This document shows positions 1 through 8,084 of a stretch of 32,000 nt of DNA, one piece after another. The translations under genes were made by a program, and so were the position numbers. The notes beneath the pieces are model-generated. The model had not been told where the DNA came from. It made no database searches and was given only the letters and a program-made list of their open reading frames with translations. This DNA comes from Candidatus Syntropharchaeum caldarium. Lineage in GTDB: Archaea > Halobacteriota > Syntropharchaeia > Syntropharchaeales > Syntropharchaeaceae. The stretch lies in the NCBI GenBank assembly GCA_001766815.1, contig LYOS01000003.1, forward strand, positions 115,254 through 147,253, given 5' to 3'. Numbering within the stretch: the stretch's first letter is position 1; every line of letters begins with the position of its first letter.

Positions 1-731
1 ATGAGGTGATAAGCAGGTTTGAGGTTGCAGCAAAATACATCAGTGAACATGAATCGATCAACAACGTCCTGATCAGTGGTGGTGATCCCCTTCTGTTGCC
101 AACAGACGTAATCGAACGGATGCTTGAAATACTGAACGAGATTGAACATATTAAGTTCATTCGATTTGGTAGCAGAGTTCCTGTGACGTTTCCTGCACGG
201 ATTTTAAAGGATTGTGAACTCCTCGATTTGTTAAAGGTTCACTCGCGTGAAGATAGGCGAGTATATGTTGTCACCCAGTTCAACCATCCGCGTGAGATCA
301 CAAACCAGTCAACTGGGGCTGTGGATCGCCTGATAAGATCGGGTGTTCCTGTGAACAACCAGACGGTTTTGCTCAGAGGCGTGAACGATGATCCAGCGAC
401 CATGGCAGAACTTCAGAACAACCTGATTGCAATCGGTGTAAATCCATACTACGTCTTCCAGTGCAGACCTGTGAAGCGTGTTAAGCACCACTTTCAGGTT
501 CCATTGGCCAGGGGATATGAGATTATCGAGAATGCCAAGAGCAGCCTCAACGGTCATAGCAAGCGGTTCAGGTACATCATGTCCCACAAATCTGGCAAGA
601 TCGAGATCGTTGGAATCATGGATGACGAGATCTACCTCAAATACCATCAGGCAAAAAACCCCAGGAAGATTGGAATGTTTTTCAAGCGAAAACTGACGAG
701 AGATGCCGGCTGGCTTGATGATCTAAAGTGA
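1..731 (+). CDS. KamA-family radical SAM aminomutase (lysine 2,3-aminomutase-like), C-terminal part; 5' end lies upstream of the window
   Basis: The frame is open from the window edge. Strings LISGGDPLL, FNHPREIT, NQTVLLRGVNDD and YYVFQCRP are typical of the KamA/AblA family. The CX3CX2C cluster would lie upstream. Confidence 0.75.
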   Translation, partial: EVISRFEVAAKYISEHESINNVLISGGDPLLLPTDVIERMLEILNEIEHIKFIRFGSRVPVTFPARILKDCELLDLLKVHSREDRRVYVVTQFNHPREITNQSTGAVDRLIRSGVPVNNQTVLLRGVNDDPATMAELQNNLIAIGVNPYYVFQCRPVKRVKHHFQVPLARGYEIIENAKSSLNGHSKRFRYIMSHKSGKIEIVGIMDDEIYLKYHQAKNPRKIGMFFKRKLTRDAGWLDDLK

Positions 732-887
732 GTTTTAGCTCTTTTTATTTTTAAACTGAGGTGCCTGGTGTATTTTAGTTAACCATAGTTAAGAGTGTAG
801 CTTTAAAAAAAGACGTTTGAAATCGAAAAGTTTATTAATGCAGCATCGTGATGTTGAGTCAGCTATACTATATAAGAATATGGTGGA

Positions 888-2117
888 ATGAGAATGAAAA
901 TGACTGTCAAATCATTCGGATTAGTGTTAATGGTGATATTACTTCTATTGCTGGCAGGGACTGCATCTGGTTCTTCAGAGCAGTGTAAAGCCTGTCACAG
1001 TGATATCTACGAGAGCTGGGCAGAGACAGACCATGCCACAACTGTCGGAGACGAATCTCTCGGTCTTAGTTGTGAAAACTGTCATTCAACGACCTATTCA
1101 GATGGTACCACCGCAAATGGAGTTCAGTGTGAGCGTTGCCACGAAGTTGGACCTGATCATCTTGCAACAGGTGCAGTGACAGAGGGAATGATCGACTGGT
1201 CTGCTGATCTCTGCGGAGACTGCCATAGTGGTGGTCATGCCGGACAATACGATGGATGGAAGCTATCTGGACATGCAAGGTCGCTGGAGATTACCGATCC
1301 AAAGTGCCGCTCATGTCACGTTGGACAATCAGCAACGATGGAACTCTTTAATGGAAAGACTAAAATGCCCCCTGTTGACAATCCTCAGCCAATTGACTGT
1401 CAGACCTGCCATGACCCCCATGGTAGCGCAAACCAGAACGATCTGAGAGCACCGCTCGATGAAATCTGTGAAAAGTGTCACACAACAAAGGATGTTAAAT
1501 TACGTGGAGAGGTGGAGCATCCTCAGGCAGCTATGTATGAGGGTAGCATCATGGATCAGTATGGTGTCAAGTGTTATGACTGTCATGCTTACACGAACCG
1601 AACTGGATACGAACCCAAACTTCTTGGTGGGCATACCTTCAAGCCGGCTATGGCGTCGTGCATAGACCCAAATTGTCATCCAGACAAAGATATTGAATGG
1701 AGTGAGCGATCGGTTGAGGTTGCACAAGATGCGATCAGAGATAAGATCGAAGAAACTGCTGCTTTGGTGAATGCAGTTGATGCAGCGATCTCGAACGCCT
1801 ATCCTTCATGGGATGGAACCGCTGAAAGTATAGCAACAGAGGATGCTAACATTAATACAGCGGTTGAAAAGTTCATTGAGGCGCGCGATAAACTTGCGTT
1901 CGTGGAAGGTGATGGATCATTGGGCTTCCACAACCGCATTAAGGCACAAAAAATGCTTGAGGAGGCGCAGGAACTTGCACATGAAAGTATAGTACTCCTT
2001 AGAGAGGAGATAGAGGTGCCACCTGTTCCAGGCGAGGAGGCAGAGACACCGGGCTTTGGTCTTGTATCGCTATTGGTGGGATTTGCCGCGGTTTATCTTC
2101 TGATGCGGAAGGAGTGA
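888..2117 (+). CDS. Multihaem c-type cytochrome (8 CXXCH plus one CX4CH-like site) with signal peptide and PGF-CTERM archaeal surface anchor
   Basis: Haem motifs CKACH, CENCH, CERCH, CGDCH, CRSCH, CQTCH, CEKCH and CYDCH, plus CIDPNCH. N-terminal hydrophobic signal LVLMVILLLLLAGTASG. C-terminal PGFGLVSLLVGFAAVYLLMRKE is PGF + TM + basic tail. Alternative starts at 894 and 900. Confidence 0.9.
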   Translation: MRMKMTVKSFGLVLMVILLLLLAGTASGSSEQCKACHSDIYESWAETDHATTVGDESLGLSCENCHSTTYSDGTTANGVQCERCHEVGPDHLATGAVTEGMIDWSADLCGDCHSGGHAGQYDGWKLSGHARSLEITDPKCRSCHVGQSATMELFNGKTKMPPVDNPQPIDCQTCHDPHGSANQNDLRAPLDEICEKCHTTKDVKLRGEVEHPQAAMYEGSIMDQYGVKCYDCHAYTNRTGYEPKLLGGHTFKPAMASCIDPNCHPDKDIEWSERSVEVAQDAIRDKIEETAALVNAVDAAISNAYPSWDGTAESIATEDANINTAVEKFIEARDKLAFVEGDGSLGFHNRIKAQKMLEEAQELAHESIVLLREEIEVPPVPGEEAETPGFGLVSLLVGFAAVYLLMRKE

Positions 2118-2121
2118 TTCG

Positions 2122-3000
2122 ATGTTTATGAAGATTGTAGAACTACTGGATGGTATACTCGGGGTTATAGAAGACAAGATAGACGCTCTCTCAAGACGGC
2201 AGTTCACCGGGCTGATAGTTGTTATACTGGCAGCAGCAGGGGGTGGATACGCAACCGCACGTGCAGCCCTTCGGAAGATGATGCCAGAAACTTTCATAAT
2301 CGATCGCACAAAGGGTATCGTTGCAAAAGGGACGTACTTTGAGCACTACCTGCATACACCAGCACCAGAGAAGAACTTTAGTTTTGTGGTCGACTGTGAG
2401 AAGTGCATCGGCTGTCAGTTATGTGCAGTTGCATGCAGACAGGAGTATGAGGTTCCAGAGGGTGTTTGGCGGTCATGGGTCAAGATAATAGAGAAGAAAA
2501 GTCCTGCAGGTTCGAGAGAGTTCTACCTTCCGAGGCTCTGTAACCACTGTGATACCGCACCATGTGTGGCAGTCTGTCCAACAACTGCAGCATATAAGCG
2601 AGAGGATGGCTTTATTCTCACGGACTATGACAAGTGTGTTGGATGCAAGTACTGCATGACGGCATGTCCATACGATGCAAGGTTTATACACCCATACCAC
2701 AAAGTCTCAGACAAGTGTACCTGGTGTGATCAGCGTGTTGAGAAGGGAATGTTACCAGCATGTGTTGAGATCTGCCCGGCAGATGCACGGATATTTGGTG
2801 ACGCCAACGATCCAAACAGCGAGGTCGCAAAGATACTCGTAACGACGCCGGTGCAGGTGATAAAGCCAGGGTTAAGGTGCACACCAAAGACGTACTATAT
2901 CGGACTTGACAAGGATATAGCAGGAATGATTCGCTACTCTGACGAATTCCCAGAAGCGATCGAGGAGTATCCATTCTACCGAGAACATGGAGGTGAGTGA
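2122..3000 (+). CDS. NrfC/DmsB/PsrB-type four-cluster 4Fe-4S subunit with twin-arginine (Tat) signal
   Basis: SRRQFTG Tat motif followed by a hydrophobic stretch. Four Cys groups: CEKCIGCQLCAVAC, CNHCDTAPCVAVCP, CVGCKYCMTACP and CTWC...CVEICP. Sits 4 nt after the cytochrome stop. Confidence 0.85.
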   Translation: MFMKIVELLDGILGVIEDKIDALSRRQFTGLIVVILAAAGGGYATARAALRKMMPETFIIDRTKGIVAKGTYFEHYLHTPAPEKNFSFVVDCEKCIGCQLCAVACRQEYEVPEGVWRSWVKIIEKKSPAGSREFYLPRLCNHCDTAPCVAVCPTTAAYKREDGFILTDYDKCVGCKYCMTACPYDARFIHPYHKVSDKCTWCDQRVEKGMLPACVEICPADARIFGDANDPNSEVAKILVTTPVQVIKPGLRCTPKTYYIGLDKDIAGMIRYSDEFPEAIEEYPFYREHGGE

Positions 3001-3929
3001 AGATGATAGAAATAAATATTATACACAATGTCGCACACGAGCAGTACTGGAAGATGCTGATCGTCTTCTACTTCTTCTTTACAGGAGTTAGTGCAGGTGC
3101 ATGCCATTATTCATCGGTTTATGCACTCATAGGGTACAAGAAGTTTGCACCGATCGGTAAATGGGCGGCGCTGATCTCGCTTATAGGTTTCCTGGTTACG
3201 CCGTTGCTCCTGATATTTGATCTTGAACAATCGGCGAGGTTCTTCTACTTCATGTTCCTCTTCAACCCAAAGTCGGCGTTCTTCTACGGAACGATACTCC
3301 TGGCTGCGTATCCGATGGCGCTTGCAGCATACAGCTGGTATCTATTCCACGAGAAGCGCTGGAAGTCGAGTGAACGATTCAAGAAGATCGGTCCCGTTAT
3401 ATCGACAGTTGTCCTTCCCCTTGCGGTGACAGTTCATGCGTATACAGGATTTGTCTTCGGTGTTGTGAAGGCTCGTGGCTTCTGGTTTACGTCAGTGATG
3501 CCAATGTACTTCCTGATGGGAGCGCTCGTGTCTGGTTTTGCTGCGGTGCTGCTGTTTGCGATCGCGAAACAGAAATGGGATAACCGGACCATTGGAAGAT
3601 CTGATATGACCGATGAAGTAATCCAGATATCAAGGAAGATCGTTGCATGGCTCGTCTGTATATACCCAGCGTTCATCATACCGCTCATCATAATGGATCT
3701 GTATGGTCCGTATGAGGCATATGCTGGAGGGATGTTAGCGATACATGAATCGATGTTTGTGATCGGCGATCTTTTGATCGGGATTATCCTGCCCCTTGCA
3801 ATCCTGACGCATCCAAGGACACGGTCAAATTACTTCTGGATCTCAGTAGCCTGTATCATGGCGATCATTGGTGTCTTTGCAGGAAGATACACAATCGTCT
3901 ATACAGGACAGCTTGTACCGCTGAGTTAA
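2997..3929 (+). CDS. NrfD/PsrC-like polytopic membrane quinol-interacting subunit
   Basis: ATGA overlap with the upstream FeS gene. About 8-9 predicted hydrophobic helices. Position after an NrfC-like gene is typical of NrfCD/PsrBC modules. Confidence 0.75.
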   Translation: MKMIEINIIHNVAHEQYWKMLIVFYFFFTGVSAGACHYSSVYALIGYKKFAPIGKWAALISLIGFLVTPLLLIFDLEQSARFFYFMFLFNPKSAFFYGTILLAAYPMALAAYSWYLFHEKRWKSSERFKKIGPVISTVVLPLAVTVHAYTGFVFGVVKARGFWFTSVMPMYFLMGALVSGFAAVLLFAIAKQKWDNRTIGRSDMTDEVIQISRKIVAWLVCIYPAFIIPLIIMDLYGPYEAYAGGMLAIHESMFVIGDLLIGIILPLAILTHPRTRSNYFWISVACIMAIIGVFAGRYTIVYTGQLVPLS

Positions 3930-3950
3930 AAACGAAAAAGTTATTTGTAT

Positions 3951-3970
3951 CATCCCAATTTTTTGGGATG
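3951..3970. terminator. Hairpin between convergent genes (CATCCCAA-tttt-TTGGGATG) followed by a T-run; putative bidirectional terminator
   Basis: Perfect 8-bp stem and 4-nt loop read directly. T-rich tracts on both sides. Lies between the nrfD-like stop (3929) and the minus-strand gene stop (3975). Confidence 0.4.
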
Positions 3971-3974
3971 ACTT

Positions 3975-4958
3975 CTATTTTTTATAGTCAATACAATTGC
4001 CCTGTAAAGCAACAGTATGCCCGATGTTGTTTGCACTGGAGTAGATGACTTCGCCTTCAAGACCTCGACCATCCAGAAACTCTGAGATCTCATTTTTCAG
4101 ATCTTTTGCAGCAGCTTCTCCCTCCACAATCCCGAATACGGCTGGTCCAAATGAGGACATACCACAGCCATAAGAAGAGCTCTTCAAAACCTCAAAGAGA
4201 TCTTTGATAATCCTATCCTGCAGACTGCACTCGATCTTTTTGAAACCCAGATCCTGAATCGCTGTTATCCCCTCTCCAAACGGTTCAATCTCCTCTTCGA
4301 TGATCGAGGGCAGGATCTTCATCATGATAATCCTTGTGAGCTTTTCAACCTCCTGCTCTGCAATCGGGCAGAACTTCTGAAAAATATTGACCTCTCGCTT
4401 TCCATGAGCACCACGACTCACATCAGGAATTGCAATGACAAAGTACCACTCTTCAGCGAGGGGATGCTGGAAGAGTATCGGTGGTGGCGGTGCATCTGAT
4501 GCCCGCGAAGGAAGAAAGTCTGGCTTAACCTTTATCGAATGACCACCATCAAGGATAAACCCCCCGCGCTCAAATGCTGCAACCCCAATCCCCGATGTTC
4601 CGCCTCGTCCAGCGATCATGGCGAGTTCGCGGGCAGTGTAATCAAGGCCTTCGATCAGACGTATTCCCTCAGCGATAGAGAGCATGATCTGTGTCTTTGA
4701 ACCAAGTCCAACATGTTCAGGGAGTGATTCCTGGAGTTCAATCTTGTAGCAACCATCAGGGTTCATCTTCGAGCGTACAAGATTAACAATCGGTATAAGA
4801 TTCTCAGGTATCTGATCACTGGGTGCTGTAGAGATCTCAACCTTAAGCGATGGGTGCTTCAATGCAACCCCTATCCCACCATCTACCCGCCCAAGATTGC
4901 CGTTGAGGTCAATGAGTGTTAAATGAAGGCGGGAAGGGGATTCAATGATCACCTTCAT
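3975..4958 (-). CDS. Beta-ribofuranosylaminobenzene 5'-phosphate (beta-RFAP) synthase-like GHMP-kinase-fold protein (methanopterin biosynthesis)
   Basis: N-terminus VIIESPSRLHLTLIDLNGNLGRVDGGIGVAL matches the remembered MJ1427-type beta-RFAP synthase signature. GHMP-like GLGSKTQ and GRGGTSGIG motifs. Confidence 0.65.
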   Translation of the reverse strand: MKVIIESPSRLHLTLIDLNGNLGRVDGGIGVALKHPSLKVEISTAPSDQIPENLIPIVNLVRSKMNPDGCYKIELQESLPEHVGLGSKTQIMLSIAEGIRLIEGLDYTARELAMIAGRGGTSGIGVAAFERGGFILDGGHSIKVKPDFLPSRASDAPPPPILFQHPLAEEWYFVIAIPDVSRGAHGKREVNIFQKFCPIAEQEVEKLTRIIMMKILPSIIEEEIEPFGEGITAIQDLGFKKIECSLQDRIIKDLFEVLKSSSYGCGMSSFGPAVFGIVEGEAAAKDLKNEISEFLDGRGLEGEVIYSSANNIGHTVALQGNCIDYKK

Positions 4959-5073
4959 ATACGTGAACCTTCTTCTCGATGCTCTTTAACTTCAGATGTA
5001 GATATACAAGATAGAGTATGATACCTGTCCAGAGTACAATCGAGACCGTAAATAACGTTGTGGTTTCAGTCAT
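4942..5073 (-). CDS. 43-aa single-TM small protein, possibly CcmD-like haem exporter accessory subunit
   Basis: Not in the ORF track (too short). ATGA overlap with the ccmC stop at 5070-5073. Translation is MTETTTLFTVSIVLWTGIILYLVYLHLKLKSIEKKVHVYEGDH, with one hydrophobic helix then a basic tail. The 3' end overlaps the next gene start by 17 nt. Confidence 0.35.
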   Translation of the reverse strand: MTETTTLFTVSIVLWTGIILYLVYLHLKLKSIEKKVHVYEGDH

Positions 5074-5720
5074 CGCTCGATCACCTTATATAATCGCTTC
5101 AGACGAAGCTCGTATGAAATCAGATAGCAATACAGTAGCAGGAATCCAGCAATCATCAGAAGGAGAACCTTCACCATCACAGGATCGAGTGCTGCTGAGC
5201 CCGGGGGGTGAAGTGAACTCGCCCAGATCTTTGTTGAGAAGTATGTCAGCGGAATCGTGAAATATCCGAATATGCCAAGAATCGAAGCGATTCGTGCTCT
5301 CGCTTCGGGGTTCTCGATCGATGATCTCAGTGTGAGATATGCGGCATAGACGAACCATAGGATAAGTGTCGTGGTCTGCTTTGGATCCCAGTTCCAGTAT
5401 CTTCCCCACTCAATATTGGAAAAGATCGCACCAGTCACGGTTGCAAGCGTGATGAAAACGATTCCAATCCTGACAGATGCCAGGGCAACTTCATCCCAGC
5501 GTTCTTCACGCTTCCAGAGATAAAAAACGCTTGCAAGTAGTGTTACTGTAAATGAGACGTAGGAGACGATTGAGCAGGGTAGATGGAAGAAGAGGATGCG
5601 ATACTCCGTGAATCCTGCGGCATTCTCTGGCAGAATGTATAAGATCGCATAAATACCAGATCCCACTACAAGATAAAGGATAACAAGTCCGACTATCTGA
5701 AGCAGATTCTTTTTATCCAT
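5070..5720 (-). CDS. ccmC: Cytochrome c maturation haem exporter protein CcmC
   Basis: Trp-rich haem-handling motif WGRYWNWDPKQTT. Six hydrophobic segments. Size of about 216 aa is typical of CcmC. Confidence 0.85.
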   Translation of the reverse strand: MDKKNLLQIVGLVILYLVVGSGIYAILYILPENAAGFTEYRILFFHLPCSIVSYVSFTVTLLASVFYLWKREERWDEVALASVRIGIVFITLATVTGAIFSNIEWGRYWNWDPKQTTTLILWFVYAAYLTLRSSIENPEARARIASILGIFGYFTIPLTYFSTKIWASSLHPPGSAALDPVMVKVLLLMIAGFLLLYCYLISYELRLKRLYKVIER

Positions 5721-5741
5721 TATATTCCTTCCACTGAACTT

Positions 5742-6653
5742 TCAGAACGCATCGAGGAGGTCCTGCTCGGTTATGATCCCAACAAACTCATTGTTTTCCA
5801 TTACAGGCAGTGCACCGATATTGTGTTTTATCATCGCCTCTGCAACCTCACCAAGCGTTGAATCACTTGTTGTCGTGATCGCTTCTCTGCGCATAATGAT
5901 CTCAACCGGTAGAAGTGATGCCTCGCGCAGATCCCCTGTTATGAGTTTCTCAAAAATCTCTCCGCTTGAGATATATCTGATCAGGTCACTCGTTGTCACA
6001 ACCCCTACAAGCTTTCCGTCGCCATCTGTGATCGGTACACGGTGAAACCTGTTTCCAACCATGATCTTTGCGATCTTTCTGATCGGCGTACTTAAACTTG
6101 CGGTTGTGATTGAATGGTTCATGTAATCAGCTACAGACTTGACCGCTATCGATTCGTTGGCTTTAACCTCCTCAACGAAGTCTCGCACTGTGACAATTCC
6201 ATTCACCCTGCCAGATTTATCTGTTATGGGAAGTGATCCAATCTCTTCACTTTTGAGAATATCTATCGCCTCCATGATCGATAAACTCTGTGGGATGGAG
6301 ACAGGATTCTCATTCATGATCTCCCTGACTTCTGCGTTTATCCCTGCAATGATGTTACGATCATATTTTCCAACAAGTAGCTGATTCTTCTCCCCACCAC
6401 CCATAAAATCGATTATATCATGGCTTGTCACAATCCCAATCAATTTATTTGTACCTGCATCTGTAACAGGAAGCCGTCTGCATGTATAATTTGCCATCGT
6501 CTTGACGGCGCCCATTATCGTCATTGTTGGGGGTACAGTCACAACATCACGTGTTGCGAGCTTCATGATTTCCCCGATGTGTTCTGAACGTCGTTGATTG
6601 AAATCAACCCCGCCTTTATCACGGATGTACTTCTCATGATCACCTCTATTCAT
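5742..6653 (-). CDS. CBS-domain protein (four CBS repeats)
   Basis: Repeated CBS-type strings (RRLPVTD..LIGIVTSHDII, GSLPITD..VNGIVTVRDF, HRVPITD..LVGVVTTSDL, GALPVME..FVGIITEQDL). ATGA overlap with the upstream CBS gene. Confidence 0.85.
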   Translation of the reverse strand: MNRGDHEKYIRDKGGVDFNQRRSEHIGEIMKLATRDVVTVPPTMTIMGAVKTMANYTCRRLPVTDAGTNKLIGIVTSHDIIDFMGGGEKNQLLVGKYDRNIIAGINAEVREIMNENPVSIPQSLSIMEAIDILKSEEIGSLPITDKSGRVNGIVTVRDFVEEVKANESIAVKSVADYMNHSITTASLSTPIRKIAKIMVGNRFHRVPITDGDGKLVGVVTTSDLIRYISSGEIFEKLITGDLREASLLPVEIIMRREAITTTSDSTLGEVAEAMIKHNIGALPVMENNEFVGIITEQDLLDAF

Positions 6654-7390
6654 CCAATCACCGTCCTTACAAGATCATATCTATCAATAATTCCGAGAAG
6701 TCGATCATTTTCTGTAACAGGAAGTCTTCCTATGTCATACTTCAACATCAACTCCACCGCCTCGTTGAGCGTTGCATCCTGTGAGACTGTGTGGGGCGCT
6801 GGTGTCATAATGCGCTTAACAGGTGGTGGGTTCCCCTTCCCAAGTTTTGATCGCGCCCGTATCAAATCTCTCCTTGTAACAACTCCCACAAGCTTATTCT
6901 TCTTATCGATTACTGGGAATCCAGAGTAACCATATTCTGCCATATTGGAAGCCGCGAGCGAGATGGGGTCATCTTCACTGAGTGTTCTGACTTTTTCCGT
7001 CATTATCGTACCGACGGGTGTATCCGATTCTTTGCGCGGCATTGCACGAAGCACATCCCTCAAATTTAGGATTCCAACAAGCTTCCCATTTTCAACAACC
7101 GGTAGTTCATCCAGTTCTTCCCTGACCATCAGTTTTGCAACGGTTAGTAAATCCTCGTTGATGTCTACTGAATAACCCGATGTAACAAACCCTTTAACTG
7201 TTACATTCGATTTGGTTGCTGCCCTGAGTTTCAGGATATCTTCATCGGTTATGATTCCAAGCAGATGACCGCGTTCGTCAATAACCGGCAGTATACGCTG
7301 GTGTGTATCACGAATTAACTGGCGAGCTTTTGTCAGGTATTCATCCTCATGGAGAGCAGCAGCTTCCCGCATTATATCTTTTATATTCAC
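6650..7390 (-). CDS. CBS-domain protein (four CBS repeats)
   Basis: Repeats ILPVIDE..LLGIITDEDI, ELPVVEN.KLVGILNLRDV, GFPVIDKKNKLVGVVTRRDL and RLPVTEN.RLLGIIDRYDL. Confidence 0.85.
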   Translation of the reverse strand: MNIKDIMREAAALHEDEYLTKARQLIRDTHQRILPVIDERGHLLGIITDEDILKLRAATKSNVTVKGFVTSGYSVDINEDLLTVAKLMVREELDELPVVENGKLVGILNLRDVLRAMPRKESDTPVGTIMTEKVRTLSEDDPISLAASNMAEYGYSGFPVIDKKNKLVGVVTRRDLIRARSKLGKGNPPPVKRIMTPAPHTVSQDATLNEAVELMLKYDIGRLPVTENDRLLGIIDRYDLVRTVIG

Positions 7391-7419
7391 TCAATCCCTC
7401 CCGATACGTCGTCCATCAT

Positions 7420-7992
7420 TCAGTAGGACTCACGACAGTTTTCACAGAGCATCACACCGCCCTCGACCACAAGATTGCTGGAGAACGCTCCGCAGACTTC
7501 ACAGATTCCCTGTCTCATACTGGCATCGTCCCCTTCTTCTGGCAAACCGCAATGCAAAAAAGCAGTATCCGAGTTCATTTCAACAAGGTCGGTCAGGATT
7601 GTACCCATCCCCATGTAGGTGGTGTTTATATCAATGTCTGCAATGATACCTACAAGATCTCCATCTTTGAGTACAGGTAACTTGCGGATACCATGCCTGT
7701 ACATCGTCCTAAGTACCGCATTAATATCATCTTCAGGGTCCGCGTATGTGAGTGGTGAGGTCATAATCTCTTTTATTGTGGTTTTTTTCGCATCCCTATC
7801 TTTAAGTAAAACTTTTCGAACAATATCACCGTATGTAACGATCCCGACGGGTTTTTTTGAGTCGAGTACGATCACGCTATCGACATCTCGTTCATTCATC
7901 AATTCGGCCGCCTCTCGTACGGTGGCATCAGTCTGCACTACCACAACATCTTTTATCATGACGTTCTTGACCGCAAGTTTCGTATCTATCAT
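7420..7992 (-). CDS. CBS-pair protein with C-terminal zinc-ribbon (CxxC...CxxC)
   Basis: Two CBS repeats, then CEVCGAFSSNLVVEGGVMLCENC. Confidence 0.8.
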   Translation of the reverse strand: MIDTKLAVKNVMIKDVVVVQTDATVREAAELMNERDVDSVIVLDSKKPVGIVTYGDIVRKVLLKDRDAKKTTIKEIMTSPLTYADPEDDINAVLRTMYRHGIRKLPVLKDGDLVGIIADIDINTTYMGMGTILTDLVEMNSDTAFLHCGLPEEGDDASMRQGICEVCGAFSSNLVVEGGVMLCENCRESY

Positions 7993-8084
7993 CTTAGATG
8001 ACCTCCCTAGTACTAATAACAGACGAAAGTTAATAAAAGTGTGTATCGATGATCAATGATTTTTCGTGGTTTATCGCATAACTA

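Noticed and set aside
888-2117. Calling the multihaem cytochrome an NrfA ammonia-forming nitrite reductase.
   Set aside because: There is no CXXCK active-site haem motif. Only general NrfA/octahaem-like features are present, so the functional call is left generic.
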